This document shows positions 10,759-23,372 of a stretch of DNA of 64,000 bases, one piece after another. This DNA is from Ascidiella aspersa (lineage: Eukaryota). The translations under genes were made by a program, and so were the position numbers. The notes beneath the pieces were generated by a model that was not told the DNA's origin, ran no database searches, and was given only the letters and a program-made list of their open reading frames with translations. Positions within the stretch are counted from its first letter, which is position 1. Each line of letters opens with the position of its first letter. Where the stretch lies: contig OZ004611.1 of assembly GCA_963924565.1 (NCBI GenBank), forward strand, positions 26,660,001 to 26,724,000, written 5' to 3'.

Positions 10759-13700
10759 TTAGGCGGAAAGCGAAGAGCGACAAGCGCCGTCCATTACTGA
10801 GCGTATCCAAGGAAGGTAAAAGGAAACCTGAAAAATCGACAACGTACTTAACCAATTAAAATCTTAGTTTAGAGGACGAAGAACCACCATAAGCAGAACA
10901 ATCAAATCTTAACTAGTACAATCATAAAATCCAGAACAATAGAAAAATTCAAGTTTTTAACATGCTGAATTTTTGACTACATGCCAAACAATCCTCAATT
11001 CCATAAAATGGAGATGCATGCAACTCAACACAAGGCAATACTTTAACCATTTGCATGCAATGGTTGAATTTGATGCAATCAAGATATTAAAATTTGCCAG
11101 GCAGCATTCTGCTTTTTACAGTATGAATTGCTAATGGTAAACGAGCATCCCGCTGGCGAACATTAAGTAATTTCGTGACTTTATACACATAAGCGTATTT
11201 TGCCTGATACAGATTCCTTCACAAAATAGACTAAAATATTCGCTCTGGCAAAAAATATCAACAGCAAACCAAAAACCAAGAGAAAATTAAATAGCCACCG
11301 AATCCCACAAACTCATCAGTATTAGATTCGCTTTTTTATGAACTTATATAGATTAAGTTCAGTGTCACTTATCGATTGCTAAAACTATAGTCAAGGCGCC
11401 GACGTTTACTATACTATCCAAAGTAGTGTGATAACTTGGTAAACGTGGTATACATCTCCAGTTTTTATTTGATCAATTTTCAAACAGTTTAATTTGAGAA
11501 CTTAAGGGAAAGTATGCTAGGTTCGTAATTCTATTAAGCATGGAACTAATTAATATTATCCTTTCTTAGCATGCAACTTAATAAAACAACATGCAAGCAT
11601 TTAAGTTAGTGACATCTTCATGCGTTTAGCGTCTTATTATAGCCCACAATTGCAACTATAATAAATTAATGAAGCATACAATATTAGAGTGGTAAGGTAT
11701 ATGTGAAATATAACATAAAACATTTGAAACGAATGTTAAGTATTAGGTTATAAGCGGATATAGCTCATTTAAACTGCTTTGGTTTAAAATTAGTCCTACA
11801 CCAGATTGTGCTCAAGTTTCACTTTACTCAGTTCTTCTGCACAAGAAACTAAATACGTTCTACTAGCGATATACACCGACTTGTTTTATCAGTCGGTTTG
11901 TATTTCTCAGTCTGGTTTGGAAGTCTAAACCCAATGAACATGCTTCGTTCAAAATGCCGCTGTATAATTAAGACACATACCTGCATTAGGACGGTTGGGG
12001 ATCCCTTTTTGCCGCAAATTCTCGAGCCGAAGCTTACGATGCCCTGTAGCTCCCAGCTGCCAGTTGATGTTGATTGGCACAAAAGAGGACCCCCGGAATC
12101 TCCCTGCAAAAAGCATTGCGTATACAAATTTTGTTGTATGGCAAGAATCCGGGTTTCGAAAATTATTCTATTAAAGGTTGGGGGTACTATAAAAAAAGTT
12201 TAGAATCACTTATTGAAACGGTTGCGCATGGCGTGACTGAACGAACCAGGTAAAAATATTATCGATTTTTACGGCGTTATGCAATGATTGCCGCAAGGCG
12301 TGGGCGTGGTGTTGTTATATTCCCTGATTAAACCACCATAGATGTGGGTAACTCGAAATTGTCGAATAAAACAAATAAGTACTGAAATAACTCATTTTAA
12401 GCATAAACAATAATACCACTTTATAAGGGAGTATAAGGTCATACACTAACCGAGCAGGGATCCTGATTTTCGACGCCTCCTGCGCATAGGATCATGTAGG
12501 TCGATCTGTAGGAATACTTCAACTTGCAAATGCTGTTTCCGAGTACCTTCATTGACATCTGCTTCAAGACCGTATTCGGTGGACCGTGACCTATCAACAC
12601 GTGAATAAATTATAGAAAAGTACACCGAAAGACCATCGCAGACTCACCGAAAGACCATCGCAGACTTTGATTTTCTAGCACTAGAAAAACAACTAGCCTG
12701 TAGTGAGATTCGAACTCACGACCTCTGGTCATACAAGGACCTTCGCTCTACCAACCGATAAAACACTACAATCGTCGTTTTGATAAACACTACAATCGTC
12801 GTTTAAAATTGATTTTTTTCCTTAAAAGACATGTCAATTACTTTAAAGGTGCAACAATTTTCTGAATCAAAAAAACACGGCTGTCCAGAAAATTCATCTT
12901 TTTAACAATCGTACCGGAAATTGACCAACCTGCATGCCACATCGACATTTAGGTGATGACATTCAGAAAACGCTTACATAAACTTCATTTATTTTTATTT
13001 GCTTCGAATTACACTTGCCTTTTGTTTCTCCCCAGCCCAGCACATAGCAATAGGCTCCGGGCTGCACAGACAGACTGAAGTAGTCGGGTAGACACGCTGA
13101 CGCCACCTGGCGGCTAAAGTTGAGCGGATTTTGAATTTTGATCATTGCTACGTCATAGGTTCTGCGCTGCAAAAGATCAGTATCGTGTTGACTTACATTT
13201 AACTACATTAAAAAGCATTGCTGGATAACAGGACTTGGCTTTACCTTAGTTTGACTGAGAATGTAAATAGGTTCGTATATAGGTCTTTGGAATAAATGTT
13301 TGTACAAACAATGAACTTATTTTAGTTAATTCTGCATATATACATAATGAGTGTTTTTGATGTGGCCTAAAAGTGGCATTATTTTATCAAAATAAACGAA
13401 AAACAAAACTATCAGGCAGGTTAATCATTCAGAAGTAAAACAGTTCCAGAATATGACATAATCCTAGCCAGTTCGACATTATATATATATATACAATCGT
13501 TGCAAAAATGTTTAAAATGGTAAGTCAGACACAGGGTTTAAAACTTACATTTATTTTCTGAATTTCTAACAATGTAGTTATTTTTTAATCCTTATACAGG
13601 ACGGCCGATAAGCTTTTAAACGAAAAACAATTAAAATAACTATTTAACTCAAACTTTGGAGCATAATGTTTAGAGGTTTGAATAAGACGTATGAGTATGT

Positions 13701-16700
13701 TACGTGTTTATCAACACTTAAACACCCAAATTAATTAATTGCCATAAGCCAAATCTTAAACACGTAACAAGTAGGAATATCAAGGCCAATATAGCAGTGT
13801 AGATAACATTTTGAACGTCTCTAATATCTCTTTACAACCTACCCGTATGTCGTATCGAGGGTGTATTGCGACGTTTTTTCTCCTGACAGGAATTACAATA
13901 ACTCCTGGTTCAATCTCGTTTCGCTTGTAACTTCCCAATCGCAAGGTCAGCCCTTCGAACCTGCAACGACAAACGCTTTCGTTAATACACAATCAACCTT
14001 GTTGTTAACCTGCAAGGTTAAACAACTCAAGATCCGTGTTAAAAATATTAATGAAGTTAACAAACAATTACAGAAGTTTCTATTTAACCAGATCGCTCTT
14101 TAACGTTTGCATCATTGCGCGATAATTTATTGATTTGGGTTAGTGTTGGGGTTAGCGTTTTGGTTTGGGTGGTGGTAGTATTAGATTTAATTTTCTGAGT
14201 TTTGCGTACTTTCAATGATTTTTGAGAAGTCGATTTAAGTTACTTTGTTCGCCCGGTAAATAGCCTTAGGTGTGTCTATAGGCTATTTGACCGGACCGCT
14301 TTTTTACGCTTGCACCCGTTATTGATTATATGCCGTTTTGAAGTATAATTTGGTATCCGGGTAAATAGCCTCTTCCAAAAATTGAATAAACTTCCTAGAT
14401 TTGACTAAATTTAAAAATTCATTTTTGAATTATCCATTAGCCATGCAGGCTCACAGGCCTCTTTTAATTTTATGTTAGTCAGTAAAAAAATTGTAAAATA
14501 AACTTTAAAAGACCTTTTAGAAGTATAATTAGTAAAGGGCTTGTTTCGAATGAAATTTTACCTGCGCTCAACATTTGTATTTACTACTGCAACCAATAAA
14601 ACTTTTACAACACGATTTGTGCTGTTGTGTTACCTGAACCGGTTGCTGGTAAGGTTGAGAAAACAGTGAGCTGCTGTCAGTATCCAGCCTTTACAGATAA
14701 TCGTACCGCCGCACAGAAGCTTTTTTCCCGACCAAATTCCGACCTGAAATTAACGAAAAGGCACTAGATATAGAGGCAACGTGATACATACACATATGGA
14801 TTGCACATAAACATTTCAATATTCTGATACATCCTAATGGAACTCAATATTTAAACAACAGCTGTCCGTCAGGAGATTGTTTCGCTACTGCGTATGGTAA
14901 AAAGTGAAGTGAAATATTAATTAAAAATATCAACCAGGCATTATAAGCCAACAATCAATACATTTAGGAAATTCTAATCCCACTTTAAAAAATACACAGG
15001 AAATAAATTCATAATGCATAAACCCGTTATACTAGCTACTTGCACATTATCAAAAATTAATTTACTCAGCTGATGTTTTTAGTATTGTTTTTCGTATATA
15101 GGATAAACATTTAATGTCCAGTAATTAGCCGAAAGCAAACTGCCAGATTACGTGAAAGCGTTACATTTCACAGTCTAGTCCATTTGTGCCTTATTCGCCA
15201 ATTTTAAAATCATACACAGATAAAGGTGACAAGCAATCGACAGACAAACAGACAAACAGACAAGCAGTTATCCTTTAACCTTACCTGAAATCCTGCATAT
15301 CTGAAAAAACGTAAAATTATACAAACCAACCTTAAAAACCATTTTTATGTAGAAACATTTTCTTTATGAGTTTGGTTCGGTTATTATAACCGATTTATTT
15401 TTGGCATTCCTATTTTAACTTATAATGACGGAAAACTCCGGAAAAAATGCCGCACATCAAGAAATGGTTGGAGTCGGGCGAGCGTTCTCTTTATTCTTAT
15501 CACTATAGTAAACGTTCTGAGTTAAAGCTGTTAAAACTTTTTAAGCGAAATCGTAACAACGTACCTGCCACGGCCAAGCGTGCTGCTGTGACGTTTGGCC
15601 TCCAAGGATTTTCTTGTTGGTCAACGGACGCCCAATGGACTGGCCACAGGATGACGCACCTGCGTCACACTTCCACGGACAGCTTGAGGGTTTCTGCGTT
15701 AAAATGATTGGTTAGGATATCGATTGTTTGAATGTGGTTCGGATGGGAATGGTTGTCTAGCAGTAGCGGTTTACATATCACTCTCTCCAATGTGTTAATG
15801 CTGTGAGTCCTGGCCAAATATACTACAGGGTTGCAACATAATTTCGTGAAAAAAATACAAAAACATTCAAAGACTTTTCAAAGGAAAGTTTTAGGTTTTA
15901 AAGACTTTAAATTGGATCACTCGGCGATATTTAAATGCAATTCGAAAATAAAAACAATATAAATGCCGTGGGAAATACAATTAAAAAAACCTAAAAAAAA
16001 TAAAAAAATATTCTGTTTTAAAGGGCACGTTTTAAACACGTTACTTAAGCTGGACGTAAAATCAATTCAAATACTTTAAAATATTCAAAGACTTTGTGGT
16101 CAGTGCAGAAAAGTTTTAACCCACTTACACGTTTCACGTTTTTAAAATGATTCATCGAAACACCATAGATTAACGGTTGTCTATAGACAAATTGCAGTTT
16201 TTATAACACGTTTCCCAATCTGTGAAGAAGTAATTTATGTAATGGACAACACAACTAACGAAAATATTATACAGCTATTAAGAGTAGAAACCTGACGAAA
16301 TAAAACCGACTTAAAGATATGAAGGTGCCAAAAATCCACGACTTTTATAAGGTCGCGAATTAAACGCTACTGTAGAGTGCGTAACTTCGAACATGAGCTT
16401 GTTTGCGCGAAAAAACATTATTGGACAACTGGTTCTGGCCAATTGCCTTATAACTCTGCGTGTTCTATGTTTTATGACACGTGTACACTACAGCTATTGT
16501 TGGACGAAATGACGAGTTCTGAAATAGGCTATGATAAAGAGGGACAGAAATATGTTTAAATGTTTAACTGTCAACACCAGGTTTGCCTTTTCTGGCCAAA
16601 TACCTGGTTTCTATAGAAAGCGTTTTGCTCTGATTGCCTGAAGTTGGTGCAAGCCAAAATATTAACAAAAACAACTAGTCGTTGTTTATTCGGAGAAATG

Positions 16701-19700
16701 ATTTGGCATTTAAATACTATATAACTGGCAACAACCATAATAAAATTACACTTTCGTAAGGTCTGAAAATAATCACAAAATGCTTTTGCATTGTACTTGA
16801 TGTATCAGAGTTTGAGGACCACATCCGTACACAATGTATTACTATTATGAAAGCAATCTTTGTTTCACCTTCGCTTCGACGACAGTGATAGCTGCAGTTT
16901 TCAGGGACGAAGGGGCAGTGGTGGTTGAGTGGAGTTTACTAGTAGTACTTATACTGGCGGCAGAAGGCGTCGCGACCAAAGCACCTGTAAGGGCAAGGAA
17001 CGTGTGTGAACAAAACTGGAAGACGCTCGTCGCCTTTAATAGAGTTCGCAGCAATACAACGCGCCGTTTCAATTACACGTGGAACGCTGGGACAGTCACG
17101 TCCGCAAATTTGGCGCACTTTTACGTAAAAATCCTAGCTTTCGGACAACAGGCAAATACGGCTTTTAATAAAGATTCAGCTGAAAGGGTGTCTATAGTTT
17201 TCTGCTTGTTGATCATTACTCCGTTAACGTGTTTATATCGACGCAATTTTTTTTTTCCGAATTGGAATTAGGCAAATACGGTTGTCAACAAAGATTTAAA
17301 TAAAATGGAGTGTATGTTATAGTTTTCTTATTGTTAATCATTACTGCGTTATCGTGTTTATGTAAACGCAATTATTTTTAGTGATATAGAATTAGGCCAA
17401 TACGGCTATCTATCAACAAAGATTTATTTATAAGGTTGTGTATTTAAGATTTTACTATTTTTTGATCAGTACTCGTGTTTATTTTAATGCGAAATAGTTC
17501 ATTATCCCGAGAGAAGTGCAATATCAGACGTTTGTTTAGAAGGAATTTTAAGAAGCATCAATTCATTGCGCTCTTTTAAAAAAAACAACTGTCATTTAGT
17601 CAGTGTGGTTCGCAAATTTGTTCATACTGCCGACACACGAAAAAAAATGCATACTTTTACCAAACCATAAAATTTCAACTTCACAATAACCCGTCTACGC
17701 GGCAAGGTATAGTGTAAACATACAACAATTATTTTGGTCATTCAATGGATAGTGCACCGGTTTAACATAATTCTTTAGTCAAAGTTGAAGGTTTAAAGCC
17801 GGATATCATTTGGTAAAGCTGTTATAAATATATAACCAAGCATATTAGGCCTACAAAAACTGTTTAATTGAAGTAAATCAAACTAGTTGTGAAACTAGTA
17901 CATTAGCTCTGGGAAATTTGTAAAACGTAGGGGCATTTGAAGAAAACTCTCTGCGGTCCACTTAAGAATCTCTCATGTCACGTCAATGTGCCGCGGCAAA
18001 TAGTTTGAGAATCACTCGCTTAAAACCAAGTGTTTACCAAAATAAACGGTGACGCGCATAGTTGAAATAACCAGGACACGCGCGTCCCTTAAGTCGGGCG
18101 GGGCGGCGTAAATCTTCTTGCAACTTGTTTATCAACATAACGTTACGAACCTTCGTGGTACAACGTCGTACCCATAAGAGGCACGTGGCAGTTATGATAG
18201 AAGGGCAACTGCGTTTCTGCACTTAACGTCAGGTCCAACCTACTATATAGCGTTGTTTCCAGTTCTTAAAATATCAATACTGTAGAAGTAGGGTTTTAAG
18301 GGGCGTTTGTCGCAGTGTTGTAAACAAGTCATTTTGAAATGACTTAAGTCCCAGTCAAGTTATTTGTAAAATAAGTTAAGTCCCATTTTTCCCGAATGAC
18401 TTAAGTCAAGTAAAGTCATTAGAAAACAGTGGCTTAAGTGCACTTAAGTCATTGACTGCAGTCATTACAACACTCGCTTCTCACAGTACAAATGGTATGC
18501 AGAGTACATTTACTCTTTAGTAAGGGAACTCTCGACTTTTAAGTACTAGAAAAAGACATGAAACAAATTGTTACCTATAGTTTGGCTCTATTTGTTAACT
18601 GTTGTGTATGTCAAACCAACGGTCAAAAATGTTTGACGATGGTTTGACATAAATTACATTCCAGAACTAAAACGTTAAACAACTCCTACAAGTGCAAAAC
18701 ACGCCTTTGTATAAGTAAGGTAACCTGTAGCACATTGTGACCACTTGTTAGGTTGAACAATAAACGCTTAAATTTCGAAAACAACATGGCTAAAAAATGT
18801 CGAAATTGCGTAATTTTTTACAGATTTTTTACTATATTCAAAAAAACGGTGTGTAATTGAAGGCTTACAGCAAATTTACGAGCAATTAAAACATCAAGCT
18901 ATAAGGCTTGCGTAAAACAAATTTAAGTTATCGTATTACGTAACAGTAAGTTTTAACAACAAAGGACACAGCAAAAACAGTTTAAATTAACACCGAATGT
19001 AAACATAAATTAGTACCAATGCATTCCTTGAAGCAGTGTTTACGCTGGATGCGTGGCCCATTGCACTGGGAGAACCACAAGTTACGTCGAACAAGACAAG
19101 ATCGCGTCCGAAAACGAAGCCCGACCCCACATGACGTCATGCAAACGGACCAACTTGACCATGACGACCAGCCTGCGTAAGAACGTAGCTGTGATGATGA
19201 CCAAAAACCTTTAGATATAGCATCCACATTTTTGATTAACAAAATACGTTGGCCCCACATTGTTTATATCCGAGATAATTTAAGCCCACATACAAAATCT
19301 CACGGCGCCGAGTCTATAGAAATTTGGTACAGTTTCGCAAGTTTAGCCAAAGCGAATTGACGGTAATGTTATAATATAAGGCTGGGACGTCATTCAGGCT
19401 CCTAAAAAAACCCGCAAGGATCAACTAAACGAAGCGCAAAGCAGTTTCGAGATATTATGTGGTCATACAACAGGACATACCTGAGACAGTATATACTTTC
19501 AGTTTATTCGCGCTGGTAAACGGTTAGTTTCGGGCGAGTCTGGGGGATTTATTGAAATTCGTTTCCGCGGATCGTTTTTGTTTAAAGTAATCCAGCAAAG
19601 GTTTTACATTGTAACCATCGAAAACCGCTTGACTCGTGGTTCGTGGGTATTTCCATGAAAATTTTAATTTAGTTATCGTCTCTGTTTATGCGAGGTTGTT

Positions 19701-19904
19701 TAAATTGACACGGGGATAAGGTGTTTTTACAATATAATTCTTCGAAGGGCTTATATTGTTAGCCTTGAAGCTTATATTGTAATATACAGAACCGTTACTA
19801 TGTTACACAAAAGTATTACTGCTACCCTCACCTGTCTGCCTGTACTGTTCAGCCTGTTCGTTGCATCTTACCAAACTGTAAAACACGATGAGAAATATAA
19901 ACAT
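10759..19904 (-). CDS. Secreted TSP1-domain trypsin-like serine protease (S1A), ~405 aa
   Basis: Exons: 19904-19832 (signal [14 protein letters not shown]), 19208-19017 (TSP1: [25 protein letters not shown]), 16984-16869 (Thr/Ser stalk), 15693-15565 (CG..K|ILGG..AWPWQ), 14743-14634 (LCGG..LTAAHC), 13960-13843, 13166-13019 (YDVAMIK..ACLP..GWGET), 12590-12451 (LCAG..DPCS), 12103-11981 (GDSGGPL..GIVSFG), 10827-10759 (VSFYLPWIR..stop). Phases join into one frame. The His/Asp/Ser triad is intact and Asp at the S1 position predicts trypsin-like specificity. Confidence 0.92.
12696..12758 (-). mobile_element. tRNA-derived SINE head or tRNA pseudogene fragment in a protease intron
   Basis: Minus strand tcggttggtagagcg (A-box like) ... 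gagttcgaatctcac (B-box/T-loop like). The 5' acceptor strand is missing. Flanked by two short tandem duplications (caccgaaagaccatcgcagact x2; aaacactacaatcgtcgttt x2). Confidence 0.55.
17151..17495. repeat. Three diverged ~120-bp tandem repeats in a protease intron
   Basis: Units start at 17151, 17271 and 17395 with ggc(a/c)aatacgg...aaagatt...cgtgtttat. Confidence 0.75.
18313..18474. mobile_element. Short copy of a GACTT/AAGTC-rich non-autonomous element
   Basis: Ends cagtgttgtaa / ttacaacact with internal gacttaagtc motifs; reverse-complement match to the ends of 22274-22711. Confidence 0.6.
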
Positions 19905-22273
19905 AATACACAATAAAATAAGTTAATTTAACGAGATAATTAATTAGCTTTACTATTTTGTGCAATAAACACAGATTCCAGTATGAAGCCAAGTTTAAGC
20001 GAAAAGTTGTACACTGTTCGTTTTACACACAGGTGCAATATATGGACTATACAACTGGTACTTCAAATGTTCAGTCTATTGGCACCATTATTTTCGTAGG
20101 CACAAGTTGAATCTAAAAATCAATATTTCGCACTCACCCGAACAGAAAGATCAGACTCACAATCCTTAAATTTCTAAACATTTTGATAACAGTGATAAAA
20201 CACAAGTGGCAACTTTGCTGTACCCTTTCCTGTGGCTAATAACGGCAGATCGTCCAGGAATCGAAAATGTTTAATAAGCATCCAAACATAACGACAACGC
20301 GTTACGGGGGTAGGCCAGCAGTAAATACCTGGTGTGGCCGAACCGAATTACAGTCATGTTGGTCGAGTAAACGCAATAGGGCCGCAGGCGATTGTAGTAT
20401 TTCAACATCCGTCGACTAGAGAATAGCACCTGGGCGGCGCTCCGCTTCTCGCAAAAATCGCCGCGAGGCCGTTTCGCGTGGTGATTCGTCATAATTGGCA
20501 CGCGCGCGCGCGCCCTTGTCGTTTTCGCGTTAAGGCTTTTAGTCGCCTGGCCTGGCAAGGCAAGTGCGCTCGTTTTATTGTTATTGCTAGGGTTGTTAAG
20601 CGGGCAGACCTCATCGGCGGATTGTCAAAACTTGACAACTCATTCTTCACTGGGAGATGAATATTGGCACCAAATAATTTTCTATGGCATATCGACCACA
20701 CGTTGATTTACATAAAAGGGTCTAATGCACTAAATTAACAATTCGGTCTAATAAGCACTAATGTTGTTTGGCAAATATCATTCAAGCGTCTGCAGCATAT
20801 AAAAAAAGGTACAATATATAATTTATTTTCACCAACGGGTTTCACTAAACAATATGAAAACCTTGGAGCACTTTTTTTAAAGATGTTATGCATTTTCACA
20901 ACTTGGGTTTAGAACCAAACGATTAGAAATGCAAGCAATTTATTGACGCAATTTGATGTAAATCACAAATTTATTCACAGACAGCAGCAAAAGGGTTTTT
21001 TCAAAAACAACTGATCGTAGCCGATACCCGAAGCCACGTATTAGTATTGGTACTTGTCTGATACTATAGGGTGGTACTGGTGACTATCCGTTACCAAATA
21101 ATTAAATGACCAATGTAGAGAATCTACCTCAAAGGTAAATTTATTAAAAATAATATTTAATAGCTGACCTTTCTAAGGCTACAGTAAATTTTATTCTAAC
21201 AACCTGGCAAAAACACCTTTGAATATTTCAATTAAATATATTTGGTTTGTTTAGACATACCTATGTCATAATTTGGTATCGGATCAAAAAACGATACTTT
21301 TTGTCAAAAAATATCGGGAACCGACATCGGAAAAAACGTCAAGTATCGGACAGCCCAAAAAGCAGCAGGTAAACGTCGCGCGTGTTCTCTGTTAAAAACG
21401 ATGACGAGTGATGCCATAATTACCGGTCGGCAACTGCACACGGGAAAGCGCGCTGATGCGTGCAGTCTGCAGAAACCAAAATAGCCCGGGAAAACGAGCC
21501 ACGTGCAAGCTAATCGCGAAAGAAAACCTGAAACGCGCAGAAATTCCGTCCTTTGCTTACAATATGTAGATGGACTTTTACTTCTGCATTGCACTGCATT
21601 TATTTTGGAATTGCCCTCAGGGAAATTCTACTGTTTCACGGTAAAAAAAATGTTGCTTATTGCAAATTTTGTTGACGAAATTGAAAATTTCCATTTTGTA
21701 CGTATTTTTTTCAGGGTTGCGGAAACTTTCCATCTTACAACAGGTAGGAACCACCATTGCAGCAGTCAACGCCACAATTTTTTTTGCATTTTGAAGCGTC
21801 CTCGTGCTTTCCTATTTAAGTTGCGCTGTGTACCTGGAAATTTTATGGTGTTTCACAAATAACTATAGGGGTATACGTAAAAAAAAAGAAAGTAGTTAAC
21901 AAGCAACAAATAGATATTAAAAAAATTCGTTTATGCAATTTAATCGGTTTTCATGCACAGAATCAATAATTTGACTAAGCCCTAACGCAGTAAATCTTAC
22001 ATCAGTGAAATCTTTGTACGAGTTTTTTGCTTAAAACGTTGTCTTTTACACGGCATTCCTTGAGTGATGCAGGGTCAAAACTTGCAATCTGGACATTAAC
22101 CTAATTTAAACATCGTGTACCTATCTCTCCGCATTGAAAACTTTAACGTTTAAACTTTCGCCTCGTGCGCAAAACTGCCGTGTCATTGCGGTTGTTTTGC
22201 TCACAAAACCACGGGCGAGACGGGCTTTGGCGAGGGTCGGAACGTCTGTAAATTAAAAAATGCATCAATGTAG

Positions 22274-23372
22274 CAGTCATGTAATGACTTAGGTCATTGA
22301 TTGGACATAAGTTTACTTAAGTCACATGTTTTAAATTACTTCACTTATTTCGTGTCGGTAAAATGACTTGACTTGACTTGAGTACTTTGGACAAATGACT
22401 AGACTTGGACTTAAGTCATCAAGACAAATGACTTGGGTTGCAATTAAGTGTTATTGAATATTTTACTATAAAATTGATATATATAGCTCACTACAATGCT
22501 ACATTTTGCTTTTTGTTATCTTTTAGTTGAGTTATTTTGTCAATTTTAATAGTTTAACGTTTTTTATGACAAGGACTTGACTTGGGCAACTGATGACTTG
22601 GATTGGGACTTGACTTGTTATTTTTTGAAAATATTTGACTTGGAATTAATTTATTTCACAAATGACTTGACTGGGACTTAAGTCACTTAAAATGATTTGT
22701 TTACAACACTGACGACTGACGTGTATAGTACAGCCAACGTATACAAGTGTCGCTATTTTATTGGGGAACACACATTACAAACAAAATCGAGAAAATGTAT
22801 TTGCTGCACTGCAAAGGTTTTTGATTTAAAAAGTAAAATAAAAAAACAGTTTTAAACATTCAAACCAGTGATAAATAATCTTCTTTCGGGCATTTTTACA
22901 ACATTATGGGTTTGTTTTATCATTGTCATAAAATGTATTGTTTGATTGCAATTAAACAGAAATTACCATTTGAAAGGTACACTATATATGAACAAATAGT
23001 CAATAGCTTAACTTAAGTGCACCTAAGTCACAGTTTTCAAATGACTTGAATTGACTTAAATATTTTGGACAAATGACTTGGGTTGAAATGAAGTGTTTTT
23101 TTTTAATTTTTTTAATATAAATTTGATCTATTCATCCAATTTTTTGCACATAAAACAAATTGCTTTCTATACGTTGCGTTTGTCTTATTTTTAGTTCAGG
23201 CAATTGCTCGAAATCGTACGAGTTTACATATTTTAAAAGTTTAGTATTTATTTTTACGGCCAGGACATGACTTTAACTTGACTTGCTCTAATTATTACTT
23301 TAATGGGACTTGACTAGTTATTTATTTTGACTGGGACCTAAGTCATTTTAAAATGGCTTGTTTCCAAGACTG
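22274..23372. mobile_element. Two copies (22274-22711 and ~23010-23372) of the GACTT(G)-rich element
   Basis: Repeated gacttgacttg / gacttaagtc motifs; shared blocks gacaaatgacttgggttg and ttgactgggac(t/c)taagtca; the first copy ends in ttacaacactg. Confidence 0.6.

Noticed and set aside
11849-11980. Read-through C-terminus of the protease suggested by the ORF track
   Set aside because: A canonical donor after 11981 and exon 10827-10759 supply the expected VSxYxxWI ending.
12696-12758. Functional tRNA gene
   Set aside because: No complete acceptor stem and no clean anticodon arm; better explained as a SINE head or pseudogene.
22274-23372. CRISPR-like or other regularly spaced repeat array
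   Set aside because: The GACTT motifs are irregular, internal to a dispersed eukaryotic element and have no constant repeat-spacer period; the context is a spliced animal genome.
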